From positions 1 through 36,718 of IMG/VR virus record IMGVR_UViG_3300025018_000070: a stretch of 36,718 nucleotides of DNA, one strand, 5' to 3'. Shown in pieces: positions 1 through 8,359 of the stretch. The position numbers and the translations under genes are program-made. The notes below the pieces were generated by a model that had not been told where the DNA came from, searched no databases, and was given only the letters and a program-made list of their open reading frames with translations. This DNA comes from a virus. Taxonomy: Duplodnaviria; Caudoviricetes. Every line of letters starts with the position of its first letter. Within the stretch, counting starts at the first letter, position 1.

Positions 1-120
1 TCGGCCCCAAGTTCCCCGAGCTGGTGAAGAAGGGCAAGATGAACTGGCCTTTCGTTGACAACGAAGACAAGGTTGACGACGACGACAACCCAATCCCCGG
101 CTTCGAGAATCCAGGCTGCT
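1..120. repeat. Terminal direct repeat, left copy (circular assembly overlap)
   Basis: 1-120 is identical to 36599-36718 and falls mid-CDS (SSB gene), so it indicates a circular contig. Confidence 0.95.
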
Positions 121-428
121 CTGTGGGATTCAAGTCCAAAGACAAACCCGGCATCGTGGACGCTGACGCAGAGCCTATCATGGGCAAGTCGGAAATCTAC
201 GACGGTATGCGTGCTCGTGTTTCCTGCCGTCCGTTCGCCTACGACAACGAGTCCAAGGGCGTGGCCTTCTACCTGATCAACGTGCAGAAGCTGGACGACG
301 GTGACCGTCTGTCTGGCGACCCAGCAGCCGAGGACGACTTCAAGGCAGCGAAGGGCAAGAAACCCGCTGGCAAGGCAGCACCCAAGAAGGCTTCCCGCAA
401 CGATGAAGACTACGACGATTTGCTCTAG
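1..428 (+). CDS. 3' part of DUF2815-type single-stranded DNA-binding protein (begins at 36409 across the junction)
   Basis: EIYDGMRARVSCRPFAYDNESKGVAFYLINVQKLDDGDRLSG is typical of DUF2815; acidic tail DEDYDDLL; lies between DUF2800 and DNA polymerase. Confidence 0.85.
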   Translation, partial: GPKFPELVKKGKMNWPFVDNEDKVDDDDNPIPGFENPGCSVGFKSKDKPGIVDADAEPIMGKSEIYDGMRARVSCRPFAYDNESKGVAFYLINVQKLDDGDRLSGDPAAEDDFKAAKGKKPAGKAAPKKASRNDEDYDDLL

Positions 429-444
429 AATGTGAGCACACCGC

Positions 445-462
445 GCCTCAGGGTTCTGAGGC
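445..462 (+). promoter_or_regulatory. Short stem-loop after SSB gene
   Basis: GCCTCAG-GGTT-CTGAGGC, no U-tract. Confidence 0.4.
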
Positions 463-493
463 ACCTCAACTTAACCGAACTGGAGTATTTCAC

Positions 494-955
494 ATGAGCA
501 AGCAAAACGATATCGAAGACCTGTTGGGCGACGCACCTGCCAAGGGCAAGAAGGCCCCCGCTGCTAAGAAGGCTGCACCCGTGGTGGAAGCCAAGGCCCC
601 CGCTGCTAAGAAGGCAGTCGCCAAGGCAGAACCCGAAGCCAAGGTCAAGGCCCCTGCTGCCAAGAAAGCCGCGAAGGTCGAAGACGACATCCTGGGTGAA
701 GCACCTGCCAAGGCAGCTCCCAGCAAGAAGGCCCCCATCAGCTTCGCTGAAGGCGAGCGTCAAGCTCTGGCTGATGCCGTTACCGCCCACTTCAAGCGCA
801 GCAAGAAGGGCATCAACAGCAAGGACCTCGCAACCAAGCTGGAAACCGAAACCCGCAAGCTCCGTGTCGTGCTGTACGCACTGGTCACCAAGGGTGTTGT
901 GTCCTTGGAAGCTGGCGCGAGCAAGGTCGCTGGCATGACGGTTTCCCCGGCCTAA
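494..955 (+). CDS. Lys/Ala-rich (histone H1-like) protein with C-terminal winged-helix-like domain
   Basis: GGAG RBS; PAAKKA repeats; C-terminal SKDLATKLETETRKLRVVLYALVTKGVV resembles a wHTH. Confidence 0.75.
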   Translation: MSKQNDIEDLLGDAPAKGKKAPAAKKAAPVVEAKAPAAKKAVAKAEPEAKVKAPAAKKAAKVEDDILGEAPAKAAPSKKAPISFAEGERQALADAVTAHFKRSKKGINSKDLATKLETETRKLRVVLYALVTKGVVSLEAGASKVAGMTVSPA

Positions 956-973
956 GCACTGGTCGTCGCCTCG

Positions 974-1008
974 TGTGGCCCCGCTGGTATTCGTACCTCG
1001 GGGCCACA
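974..1008 (+). promoter_or_regulatory. Strong stem-loop upstream of DNA polymerase
   Basis: TGTGGCCCCG..GGTA-TTCG-TACC.CGGGGCCACA. Confidence 0.55.
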
Positions 1009-1028
1009 GTTACTTTCGGGATTACAAC

Positions 1029-3002
1029 ATGACAACAGAGATAGGGTATTTAGACTTTGAGACGTTCTCAGAGATAGACATCCGCAAGGTCGGTGCGCAC
1101 CGCTACGCACGGCACCCATCCACGGAAGTACTCATCGCCCGGTTCCTACTTCCAGGGGACACGTACCCTGAGGAGTGGCTACCACGCACCCAAGCCCCAC
1201 CAGCGCGTTTAATGTCTTGGATTATGCAAGGGGGTAGGGTAGGTGCGCACAACGCAGCCTTTGAGCGCGCGATATGGCGCTGGACTCTTCGTGGGCGTCA
1301 GCATAAGGGCATCCCTGAGGTCAAGGACAACCAGTGGGTCTGCACCGCTGCCAAGGCAGCAGCGTCTGGTCTGCCACGTAGCTTGGAGAAGGCGCTGAAG
1401 GCCATCGGCAGCAGCGTTGAGAAAGACCTAGAAGGTGCCAAGCTCATCAAGGTGTTCTGCAGCCCACGCAAGCCTACGAAGGCTGATGCACGCACACGGG
1501 TACTACCAGAGGACGACCCTGTACGGTTCAACAGGTTCAGTGAGTACTGTGCGACTGACGTCTTGGGTGAAGTAGTCCTGGACGAAGCCCTGCCTGACCT
1601 GATACCTCGTCAGCGTCGCATGTTCCTGCTGGACATGGCCATGAACGACCGTGGTCTTCCGATTGATATGCCGTTGGTGCGCAAGGCACTGAAGGTGGTG
1701 AAGTCTCTGGAAGAGGACATCGGCAGGCGTGTCAGTGCGCTGACTGGTGGTCTGAAGGCTACCCAAGTAGCCAAGATGATCGAGATGTTCGCTGAGCGTG
1801 GGCTTGACATTGCGAACATGCAGAAGAACACCATCGAGGAAGCGCTCAAGGATGCCAAGCTGGATGCTGGCACCCGTGCTCTGCTGGAGCTTCGAGTTGA
1901 GGCAGGCAAAGCCAGCACCAAAAAGCTCATCAGCATGATGGCCTGTGCCGACCCCGACGACTGGGTGGTGCAAGGAGGCTTCCTCTACCACGGTGCCCAC
2001 ACGGGACGCTACGCTGGCCGACTGGTGCAGCCGCACAACTTCATCCGGGGCATGCTCAAGGACCACCAGCGTGACATGGTGTTCGCCCTGCTGGAGTACG
2101 AGGATGCAGAGCTGTTCACGATGCTGTACGACAAACCTATCGACGTCATCAGCCAGTGCATGCGAGGCTTTATCCGTGCTCCGGCCGGATACGAGCTGGC
2201 AGTGGTTGACTACACGGCCATCGAAGCACGTATCCTGGCGTGGGTAGCAGGCGAAGAAACTATCCTGGCAGCGTACCGCAAGGGTCTGGACGTCTACAAG
2301 GTTATGGCGGTGACCCTGTTCCGGCTGAAGGATGTGTCTGAGGTATCCGACGAGCAGCGACGCATCGCCAAGAATCTGGTGCTGGGTTGTGGGTATCAGC
2401 TAGGCGGCGTGAAGTTCGTTGACTACTGTGCCAATGCTGGCGTGATCATCACGGAGGAGTTCGCCAAGAGCGCTGTGAGCACGTACCGCAAGGGCGTCCC
2501 GGCCATCGTTGCAAGCTGGAAGACGGTGGAGAACCTTGTGGCTATGGCTATCAGGCATCCAGGTACCACGTACGAAGGGCTGACGTGCAAGTTCTACATG
2601 AGTGAGCACTGGCTCTGCATTCAGCTCCCGTCTGGTCGGAGTATCCGTTACCCGTATGCGCGTGCTGTACCTGTAGAACGTTGGGGTAAGCCTGCGTACG
2701 AGATCAGTTTCCGCACAGAGATCAAGGGTCAGTTCGTACGTGAGAAGACCTACGGTGGCAAGTTGATCGAGAACATCGTGCAGGGTATTGCTTTCGACGT
2801 TATGCAGGAAGGCATGTTGTCTGCTGAGACCAACGGATACCCGGTCATCGGCACCGTACACGATGAAGCACTGACGCTGCGCAAGGTCGGCACCAGCAAC
2901 ATCAAGGATCTGGAAGCGCTGGTCTGCAACGTGCCAGCATGGAGCAAGGGCATGCCATTGGCTGCGAAGGGTTTTGTATGCGTAAGATATCGGAAAGACT
3001 AA
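1029..3002 (+). CDS. Family A DNA polymerase with 3'-5' exonuclease (APSE/SPO2-type)
   Basis: ExoI YLDFET, AHNAAFER, YCATDV; HTGRYAG; motif A DYTAIEAR; motif B RRIAKNLVLGCGY; motif C TVHDE. Confidence 0.95.
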   Translation: MTTEIGYLDFETFSEIDIRKVGAHRYARHPSTEVLIARFLLPGDTYPEEWLPRTQAPPARLMSWIMQGGRVGAHNAAFERAIWRWTLRGRQHKGIPEVKDNQWVCTAAKAAASGLPRSLEKALKAIGSSVEKDLEGAKLIKVFCSPRKPTKADARTRVLPEDDPVRFNRFSEYCATDVLGEVVLDEALPDLIPRQRRMFLLDMAMNDRGLPIDMPLVRKALKVVKSLEEDIGRRVSALTGGLKATQVAKMIEMFAERGLDIANMQKNTIEEALKDAKLDAGTRALLELRVEAGKASTKKLISMMACADPDDWVVQGGFLYHGAHTGRYAGRLVQPHNFIRGMLKDHQRDMVFALLEYEDAELFTMLYDKPIDVISQCMRGFIRAPAGYELAVVDYTAIEARILAWVAGEETILAAYRKGLDVYKVMAVTLFRLKDVSEVSDEQRRIAKNLVLGCGYQLGGVKFVDYCANAGVIITEEFAKSAVSTYRKGVPAIVASWKTVENLVAMAIRHPGTTYEGLTCKFYMSEHWLCIQLPSGRSIRYPYARAVPVERWGKPAYEISFRTEIKGQFVREKTYGGKLIENIVQGIAFDVMQEGMLSAETNGYPVIGTVHDEALTLRKVGTSNIKDLEALVCNVPAWSKGMPLAAKGFVCVRYRKD

Positions 3003-3292
3003 TCAGTGAAGCCTCAGTAGAGAACCATCTGCGCAAGGGCGTGAAGGTGCTGCGAGGCTTGTGCATCAAGCTCAACCCGTTCGGGGTGCGGGGCATCCCA
3101 GACCGTCTGCTGCTGATACCGGGTGGTATCGTGTTGTTCGTGGAGTTGAAGAGGCCTGTAGGTGGCAAGTTTGAACCGCTTCAGGAACGCTGGCACCTGA
3201 AGTTGTGTAGAATGGGGTTTACCGTCGTGGTGTGTTACACCAAGGCACAGGTTGATGAACTACTGGAGGAATACTATGCTAGGACTGACTGA
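2978..3292 (+). CDS. VRR-NUC domain nuclease
   Basis: EASVENHL...GIPDRLLL...FVELKRP...PLQERW PD-(D/E)XK pattern, directly after the polymerase. Confidence 0.9.
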   Translation: MRKISERLISEASVENHLRKGVKVLRGLCIKLNPFGVRGIPDRLLLIPGGIVLFVELKRPVGGKFEPLQERWHLKLCRMGFTVVVCYTKAQVDELLEEYYARTD

Positions 3293-3437
3293 GCACATCA
3301 TGCTAGTCTCCGTATCTTTGGGGCTAGGAACGTTGGCTGTTTTGGCACTGTTGGGTATCCCCGAACGGTGGTGCTACTTCTGGTACGTGGTGGTGATAAT
3401 TTCGGTTTCATGTTTTATAAAGTACCAAGGATTGTGA
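3276..3437 (+). CDS. Small hydrophobic membrane protein
   Basis: GGAGGA RBS; two hydrophobic stretches; tightly packed with neighbours. Confidence 0.5.
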   Translation: MLGLTEHIMLVSVSLGLGTLAVLALLGIPERWCYFWYVVVIISVSCFIKYQGL

Positions 3438-3568
3438 TCGTGGGAAAACAGTATGTGAAAGTGAACGGCGCTTGGGTGCAGGTGTACCCAGTGGACACGT
3501 GGCACGATTGGGTGTGGTACGGCATTGCTATCGTGTTGGTTGCTATCATTGGTATCTGGATGTGCTGA
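3434..3568 (+). CDS. Small membrane protein
   Basis: GTGA overlap with upstream stop; AAGGA RBS; C-terminal TM WVWYGIAIVLVAIIGIW. Confidence 0.5.
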   Translation: MIVGKQYVKVNGAWVQVYPVDTWHDWVWYGIAIVLVAIIGIWMC

Positions 3569-4995
3569 ACCGTAAAGACCTTCGCAAGTATCAGAGCAAG
3601 GGCGTTGACTTCGTCAAGAAGCACCGTCGTGCTGGCCTGTTCCTGGACATGGGCTTGGGTAAGACCATCATCACGCTCACTGCTGCTGTTGACTTGCTGA
3701 GCGCTGGTGTGGTGAACAAGATACTGCTGGTGGCACCGCTGAGACCAGCTCAGGGTGTGTGGCGTCAGGAAGCTCGCAAGTGGCAACACACGAAACATCT
3801 GACGTTCAAGATGCTGACTGGCAACGAGCGTCAGCGCCTGCTGGCCTTGAACAGTAGCGCACAGATACACGTGATCAACGTGGACAACTTCCGTTGGCTG
3901 CTGAACGTGTTGCGTGGGCGTGCTCGCAAGTACGGATGGCCCTACGACATGCTCGTCATCGACGAGTCTAGCATGTTCAAGACGCCCAAGAGCAAGCGCT
4001 TCAGTTCTCTGCGTTACCAAGTCAAGCGATTCGACCGTCGCGTGATTCTGACTGGCACGCCTGCACCCAAGGGTCTGCTGGACTTGTGGTCGCAGATATT
4101 CATCTTGGATGAAGGCCAGCGTCTGGGTGCTCAAGTGGAGCGTTACCGTAGTAGGTTCTTCACACCGGGTAAGGAGCGTGATAACGGGTCACGCACACAG
4201 TTCGGCTACACGCCTGACCAGACCGCTGAGCAGCAGATCACCGAACTCATCAGCCCCTTGGTGCTCACCATGCGTGCCGAAGACTGGCTAGACCTGCCTC
4301 CCACCATCAAGCAGGAGATATACGTGGACCTGCCACCAGCAGCACGGAAGACGTATAAGCAGCTCGAGAAGGAGATGTTCCTTGAGATGGAGATGGGCAG
4401 CACCGAGGCCCTCAGCGCAGCCAGCTTGTCGTCCAAGTGCTGGCAGTTAGCCAACGGGTTCATCTACCTGGAAGACGACGCTGGTGCCAAGACGTGGCAG
4501 GCGATACACGATGCCAAGATGGAAGCGCTGCAGGAAGTCATCGACGGTGTTGGTGGTAACGTGCTGGTGGCCTACTGGTTCAAGCCCGATCTGGCACGAC
4601 TGAAGAGCATGTTCCCCAAGGCACCAGCTATCGCTGACTGCAAGAACGAACGGATGCTCGCCAAGCTGCAAGACGAGTGGAACGCTGGTAAACACCCCGT
4701 GATGTTCGTCCATCCGCAAGGTGCAGGCCACGGACTGAACCTCCAAGGTGGTGGCAACACCATCGTGTTCTATAGCATGCTCTGGGGACGTGAGTTCTAC
4801 GCTCAGGTGATCGAGCGCATCGGGGCAGCACGCCAGATCAGCACCGGACGGGACCACGTGATGGTGAAGCACATAATCGCACGAGATACCGTGGATGAGG
4901 TTATGTTGCAGACGCAACGGATGCTCCACGATGACGAACGGCAAGTATTCAAGATGCTCAAGGAATACCGCGAAGTTCAAGAATTGCTGGGATAG
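3562..4995 (+). CDS. SNF2-family helicase
   Basis: LRKYQ, DMGLGKT, LVIDESS, LTGTP, GAGHGLNLQ motifs. Confidence 0.93.
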   Translation: MLNRKDLRKYQSKGVDFVKKHRRAGLFLDMGLGKTIITLTAAVDLLSAGVVNKILLVAPLRPAQGVWRQEARKWQHTKHLTFKMLTGNERQRLLALNSSAQIHVINVDNFRWLLNVLRGRARKYGWPYDMLVIDESSMFKTPKSKRFSSLRYQVKRFDRRVILTGTPAPKGLLDLWSQIFILDEGQRLGAQVERYRSRFFTPGKERDNGSRTQFGYTPDQTAEQQITELISPLVLTMRAEDWLDLPPTIKQEIYVDLPPAARKTYKQLEKEMFLEMEMGSTEALSAASLSSKCWQLANGFIYLEDDAGAKTWQAIHDAKMEALQEVIDGVGGNVLVAYWFKPDLARLKSMFPKAPAIADCKNERMLAKLQDEWNAGKHPVMFVHPQGAGHGLNLQGGGNTIVFYSMLWGREFYAQVIERIGAARQISTGRDHVMVKHIIARDTVDEVMLQTQRMLHDDERQVFKMLKEYREVQELLG

Positions 4996-5007
4996 TTTTT
5001 ATCAACC

Positions 5008-5022
5008 GATACCGTTGGTATC
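5008..5022. promoter_or_regulatory. Palindromic motif GATACC-N3-GGTATC (copy upstream of modification cluster)
   Basis: GATACCGTTGGTATC; other copies at 9682, 28291, 31535, 33377, 35688. Confidence 0.7.
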
Positions 5023-5037
5023 AAGAAGGAGATAGTT

Positions 5038-5871
5038 GTGAACGTTAAAGAACTGGTGGAGTTAGACTATACGGGTGATTGGCGCAAATTTGCGAACCTG
5101 ATGTTCGAGCTGGAAGATGCTGATCCTGGGTACATGCTGCTGGCGAGAGCCAAGATGGATGAAGCCAAGAAGCTTCGGTACATCTTGGGGTGGTGTACCT
5201 TTTATAACCCCGGACTCGCTGCTCGGGCTAGTGACTTCCAAGGGGCAGCGTTCTACGAGTTTCTGCGCAGTATCTTCCCCACTGCCAAACGTGCTACTGA
5301 GCGCAGGCATTTCCGAGGGCAAGCTGGTCTGAAGGCTTTGGCTCAGTGGCAGTCGTTGTACCCGAAGCCTGAAGCTATGGTGGAAGCATGCTTCGCTAAG
5401 TCGTATATGGGTGTTCGCAAGAACATGCAGCACATGGCGCAGATGGGTGATTACTTCTACTGGAAGCTGGCGGATATTCAAGACACGGTATTCCACCATC
5501 CCGTGGATTTCACGGGTAGTGCCAAATACATGCCGAAGCTCCCAAAGCAAGGGGCTTTGATTATCGGTGATATGGAGAACTCTTTTGAGCTGGAAGAGAC
5601 CATGAGTATCATTGACAGGCACATTGGCGTGCTCGACCATCCGTTTTCACCGAAACGTAAACTCAAGCTTCAAGAATCAGAGACTGTTGCGTGTGTATTC
5701 AAGCAGCATTGGAACGGAAACTATAAGTTCAGCTTCCGTAGTGGTAAGGCATACAAGCGACTGGTCAGCATGATGGATGAAACCCCAACGGCACAAGTTC
5801 TGCTGAACGGTCTGTACGCTGGTGGTATCTGGAACGAAACAGACCTGAAGGCTGTAGGAGAGTACCTGTGA
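5038..5871 (+). CDS. Amino acid:DNA transferase (AADT / aGPT-Pplase2 family), thymidine hypermodification
   Basis: DPGY...FYNPGLA...ERRHFRG...MGDYFYWKLAD...QESETVACVFK pattern; adjacent to P-loop kinase and TS homolog. Confidence 0.8.
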   Translation: MNVKELVELDYTGDWRKFANLMFELEDADPGYMLLARAKMDEAKKLRYILGWCTFYNPGLAARASDFQGAAFYEFLRSIFPTAKRATERRHFRGQAGLKALAQWQSLYPKPEAMVEACFAKSYMGVRKNMQHMAQMGDYFYWKLADIQDTVFHHPVDFTGSAKYMPKLPKQGALIIGDMENSFELEETMSIIDRHIGVLDHPFSPKRKLKLQESETVACVFKQHWNGNYKFSFRSGKAYKRLVSMMDETPTAQVLLNGLYAGGIWNETDLKAVGEYL

Positions 5872-5969
5872 AGCGCCTGCTCTTGTACATCCTCAACCTG
5901 TTCGCTGGTGGTTGTGGTGGTGACTGCAACCAAGGGCGTCGTCCGTGTAACTGCAGGAGGAACCCATGA
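5868..5969 (+). CDS. 33-aa Cys-rich peptide (MKRLLLYILNLFAGGCGGDCNQGRRPCNCRRNP)
   Basis: AGGAG RBS; GTGA and ATGA overlaps at both ends; below ORF-track cutoff. Confidence 0.6.
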   Translation: MKRLLLYILNLFAGGCGGDCNQGRRPCNCRRNP

Positions 5970-6187
5970 TTATCAAAGTGCAAACCGAAGTGGTCGCCCC
6001 TGAGGGCAGCACCCACTATTTCGGCAACCTGCTTGACGAGCCCACGTTCTGCAAGGTGCGTCAAGTGGCAGGGTTTGACCACTGGTTCGAGTACCAGAAC
6101 ACCCGGAAGGGGTGGGTGCTGATCGGGTACTCCAAGCCGCATTGGGTGAAGGATATCCTACCCGGCATCAACGAGGTGACCCCGTGA
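5966..6187 (+). CDS. Hypothetical protein (73 aa)
   Basis: AGGAGG RBS; overlaps both neighbours by 4 nt. Confidence 0.65.
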   Translation: MIIKVQTEVVAPEGSTHYFGNLLDEPTFCKVRQVAGFDHWFEYQNTRKGWVLIGYSKPHWVKDILPGINEVTP

Positions 6188-6762
6188 CCACTCTCGTCTA
6201 CGTGCATGGCACCAACGGGAGTGGCAAGAGCACCCTCGCCCGTGCTGTGTTGGCTGCTGCTGGTGGTGCGCAAGGCGTGTCCAAGCTGGCGTCTACCCCC
6301 AAGGCTACATGGACTCACACTGGCGTAGCTGGCGTGGTCCTGGCTGGCAAATACGGTAACGCTTGTGGAGGCGTGGACGGTATGCAGCCCTATGCAGCTC
6401 TGCACGACGTGCTTCAATACAACGTGGGGTTCGTGCGCAACGTGTTCGCTGAAGGTTTGGTCACTCCAGGCGTGGACACGTGCGCAACGTTCGCCAGCTA
6501 CTTTGACCGTGCTGTGTTCATCCTGTTGGATACCCCCGAAACCATCTGTATCCAGAACGTGCTGAAACGTCGTGCAGCCAAGGACACCACGAAGCCCTAC
6601 GACCCCAAGAATCTGTACCGCAAGCTGGCGTCTGCCCGTAGTTGGGCAACACGTCTTGAACGAGCAGGTCTTGAAGTACACCGGGTACAATACCGTCAGG
6701 CGTACAACATGGCGCTGGAGCTGCTGGGTCTCCCTGAACCCAGTGTAAATGATCTTCTCTGA
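6184..6762 (+). CDS. P-loop kinase, probable 5-hydroxymethyluracil-DNA kinase
   Basis: Walker A HGTNGSGKST, GKY..ACGGVD, FAEG, LDTP...C...V..RR; between AADT and TS homolog. Confidence 0.8.
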   Translation: MTTLVYVHGTNGSGKSTLARAVLAAAGGAQGVSKLASTPKATWTHTGVAGVVLAGKYGNACGGVDGMQPYAALHDVLQYNVGFVRNVFAEGLVTPGVDTCATFASYFDRAVFILLDTPETICIQNVLKRRAAKDTTKPYDPKNLYRKLASARSWATRLERAGLEVHRVQYRQAYNMALELLGLPEPSVNDLL

Positions 6763-6773
6763 AAGGCAACAAC

Positions 6774-7823
6774 ATGAACGACAACCGATATGGCGCTATC
6801 CTGCGCGTCAACAACGTGAACGAAGCCCTGCCTCTGGGCTTGGCATTTCTGCAAGAGCGTGGCGTGCAATCTGAGTCACGTGGCTTGACTACCATGCGTG
6901 TTCCAGGCCCCGTGAGTACAGTGTACTCGCAGCCCCGTCAGCGTGTGCTGTTCGATACCATCCGTGATGCTAACCCGTTCTTCCACTTGATTGAATCCTT
7001 GTGGATTCTGTCGGGTAGCAACCGAGTTGAGCTACCCAAGTACTTCCTCAACAACATCAGCCAGTTCAGCGACGACGGTGTGGTGTTCCATGGTGCGTAT
7101 GGGCACCGTCTGCGCAACGCTTTCGGATTCGACCAGATTGAGCGTGCCTGCGAAATGCTCAAGCGCAAGCCAGACACACGGCAAGTTGTGATGAGTATCT
7201 GGAGCCCCATCATGGACCTGGACAAGTCGACCAAGGACATGCCCTGCAACGACATGGTCATGCTGGACATCGTGGAAGGCCAGCTCAACATGACGGTATG
7301 CAACCGAAGCAACGATGCCGTGTGGGGGGCATACGGAGCCAACGCAGTGCAGTTCAGCGTCCTGCAGGAATTCATCGCGATCATGGTGGGCGTCAAGGTA
7401 GGCTACTACGTTCAGCAGTCGAACAACTACCACGTCTACACGGACAACCCGTTCTGGCTGAAGTTCCGTGAGGGTGAATACGAGCACGGCCACGTTCACA
7501 ACCCGTACTCGTTGGGGTCGGTGCATCCCTACCCGCTGGCTGTTGACGCGACCGACGCGATGCTGCTGTACTACGACTGCATCCACATGGCTACGCAGGT
7601 AGAGCAGGGTGAAGACCTTCGTACGGTATCGTACGCATCCGAGTTCGGACGCACTATGGTCGAGCCTGTTGTGCGTGCGTACACCCTGTACAAGATGAAG
7701 CTCTACGCTAGCTCCATGGCGGTCATCCAAGACTTGCCTGCTTCCGACTGGCGAATGGCGATGTTCGAGTGGGTGCAACGTCGTGCTCACCGCGCATCTG
7801 ACAAGAAAGTGGTGCTGGCATGA
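6774..7823 (+). CDS. Thymidylate synthase homolog, probable dUMP hydroxymethylase
   Basis: RDANPFFH, GAYGHR, DTRQVV, catalytic KDMPCN, NRSND, GAN (Asn specificity residue), NYHVY. Confidence 0.88.
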   Translation: MNDNRYGAILRVNNVNEALPLGLAFLQERGVQSESRGLTTMRVPGPVSTVYSQPRQRVLFDTIRDANPFFHLIESLWILSGSNRVELPKYFLNNISQFSDDGVVFHGAYGHRLRNAFGFDQIERACEMLKRKPDTRQVVMSIWSPIMDLDKSTKDMPCNDMVMLDIVEGQLNMTVCNRSNDAVWGAYGANAVQFSVLQEFIAIMVGVKVGYYVQQSNNYHVYTDNPFWLKFREGEYEHGHVHNPYSLGSVHPYPLAVDATDAMLLYYDCIHMATQVEQGEDLRTVSYASEFGRTMVEPVVRAYTLYKMKLYASSMAVIQDLPASDWRMAMFEWVQRRAHRASDKKVVLA

Positions 7824-8359
7824 AGGCCCTCGTAGAAGCTACCCTATACCGTGATGCTGGTGCAGTGCAGCGTTACCACGTGAAGCGCACGCATCGTAGC
7901 CAGTCCATCGCAGAACATACGTTCGGCATGCTGATGCTCATCAAGCAGGTCAACCCCATGTGTACCAAGAACCTGATGAACGCAGTGCTGCACCACGATC
8001 TGCCCGAGCTGTTCACTGGGGACATACCTGCCCCCATCAAGAGAGCACACCCGGAGCTCGGACCGCTGATGGACATCATCGAGGAAGACCTGACGCCCCT
8101 GTACCAAGACTTCCAGATCACCGTGCCTGAGGCTATTCTGCTCAAGTGGGCTGACCGCATGGAGCTGGTGTTGTGGTGCCTGGAAGAAGTCCGGCTTGGC
8201 AACTCGTATTGCCGACCAATGGTAGCCCGTGGGCTTGGCTGGATACTGATGGCAAAGATGCCTGATAACGCACAGGAGTTGACCGCTGAAGTGGTGGCCG
8301 ACGCCTGGACCCTTGGAATCACGCCAGCAACAGGCGCAGAATTGGAGATGAACGCATGA
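7820..8359 (+). CDS. HD-domain nucleotide phosphohydrolase (YfbR/DatZ-like)
   Basis: VQRYH, QSIAEH, HHDLPELFTGDIPAPIK, KWADRME. Confidence 0.88.
   Translation: MKALVEATLYRDAGAVQRYHVKRTHRSQSIAEHTFGMLMLIKQVNPMCTKNLMNAVLHHDLPELFTGDIPAPIKRAHPELGPLMDIIEEDLTPLYQDFQITVPEAILLKWADRMELVLWCLEEVRLGNSYCRPMVARGLGWILMAKMPDNAQELTAEVVADAWTLGITPATGAELEMNA

Noticed and set aside
1-120. Biological terminal repeat (T7-like DTR)
   Set aside because: The repeat cuts through the SSB coding sequence and is best explained as assembler circular overlap
6774-7823. Ordinary thyA or T4-like dCMP hydroxymethylase
   Set aside because: Divergent motifs, Asn specificity residue, no DHFR or glycosyltransferase, and kinase/AADT context favour dUMP hydroxymethylase
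7820-8359. Z-genome (2-aminoadenine) system suggested by DatZ-like HD protein
   Set aside because: No PurZ or MazZ recognised; neighbours point to thymidine modification
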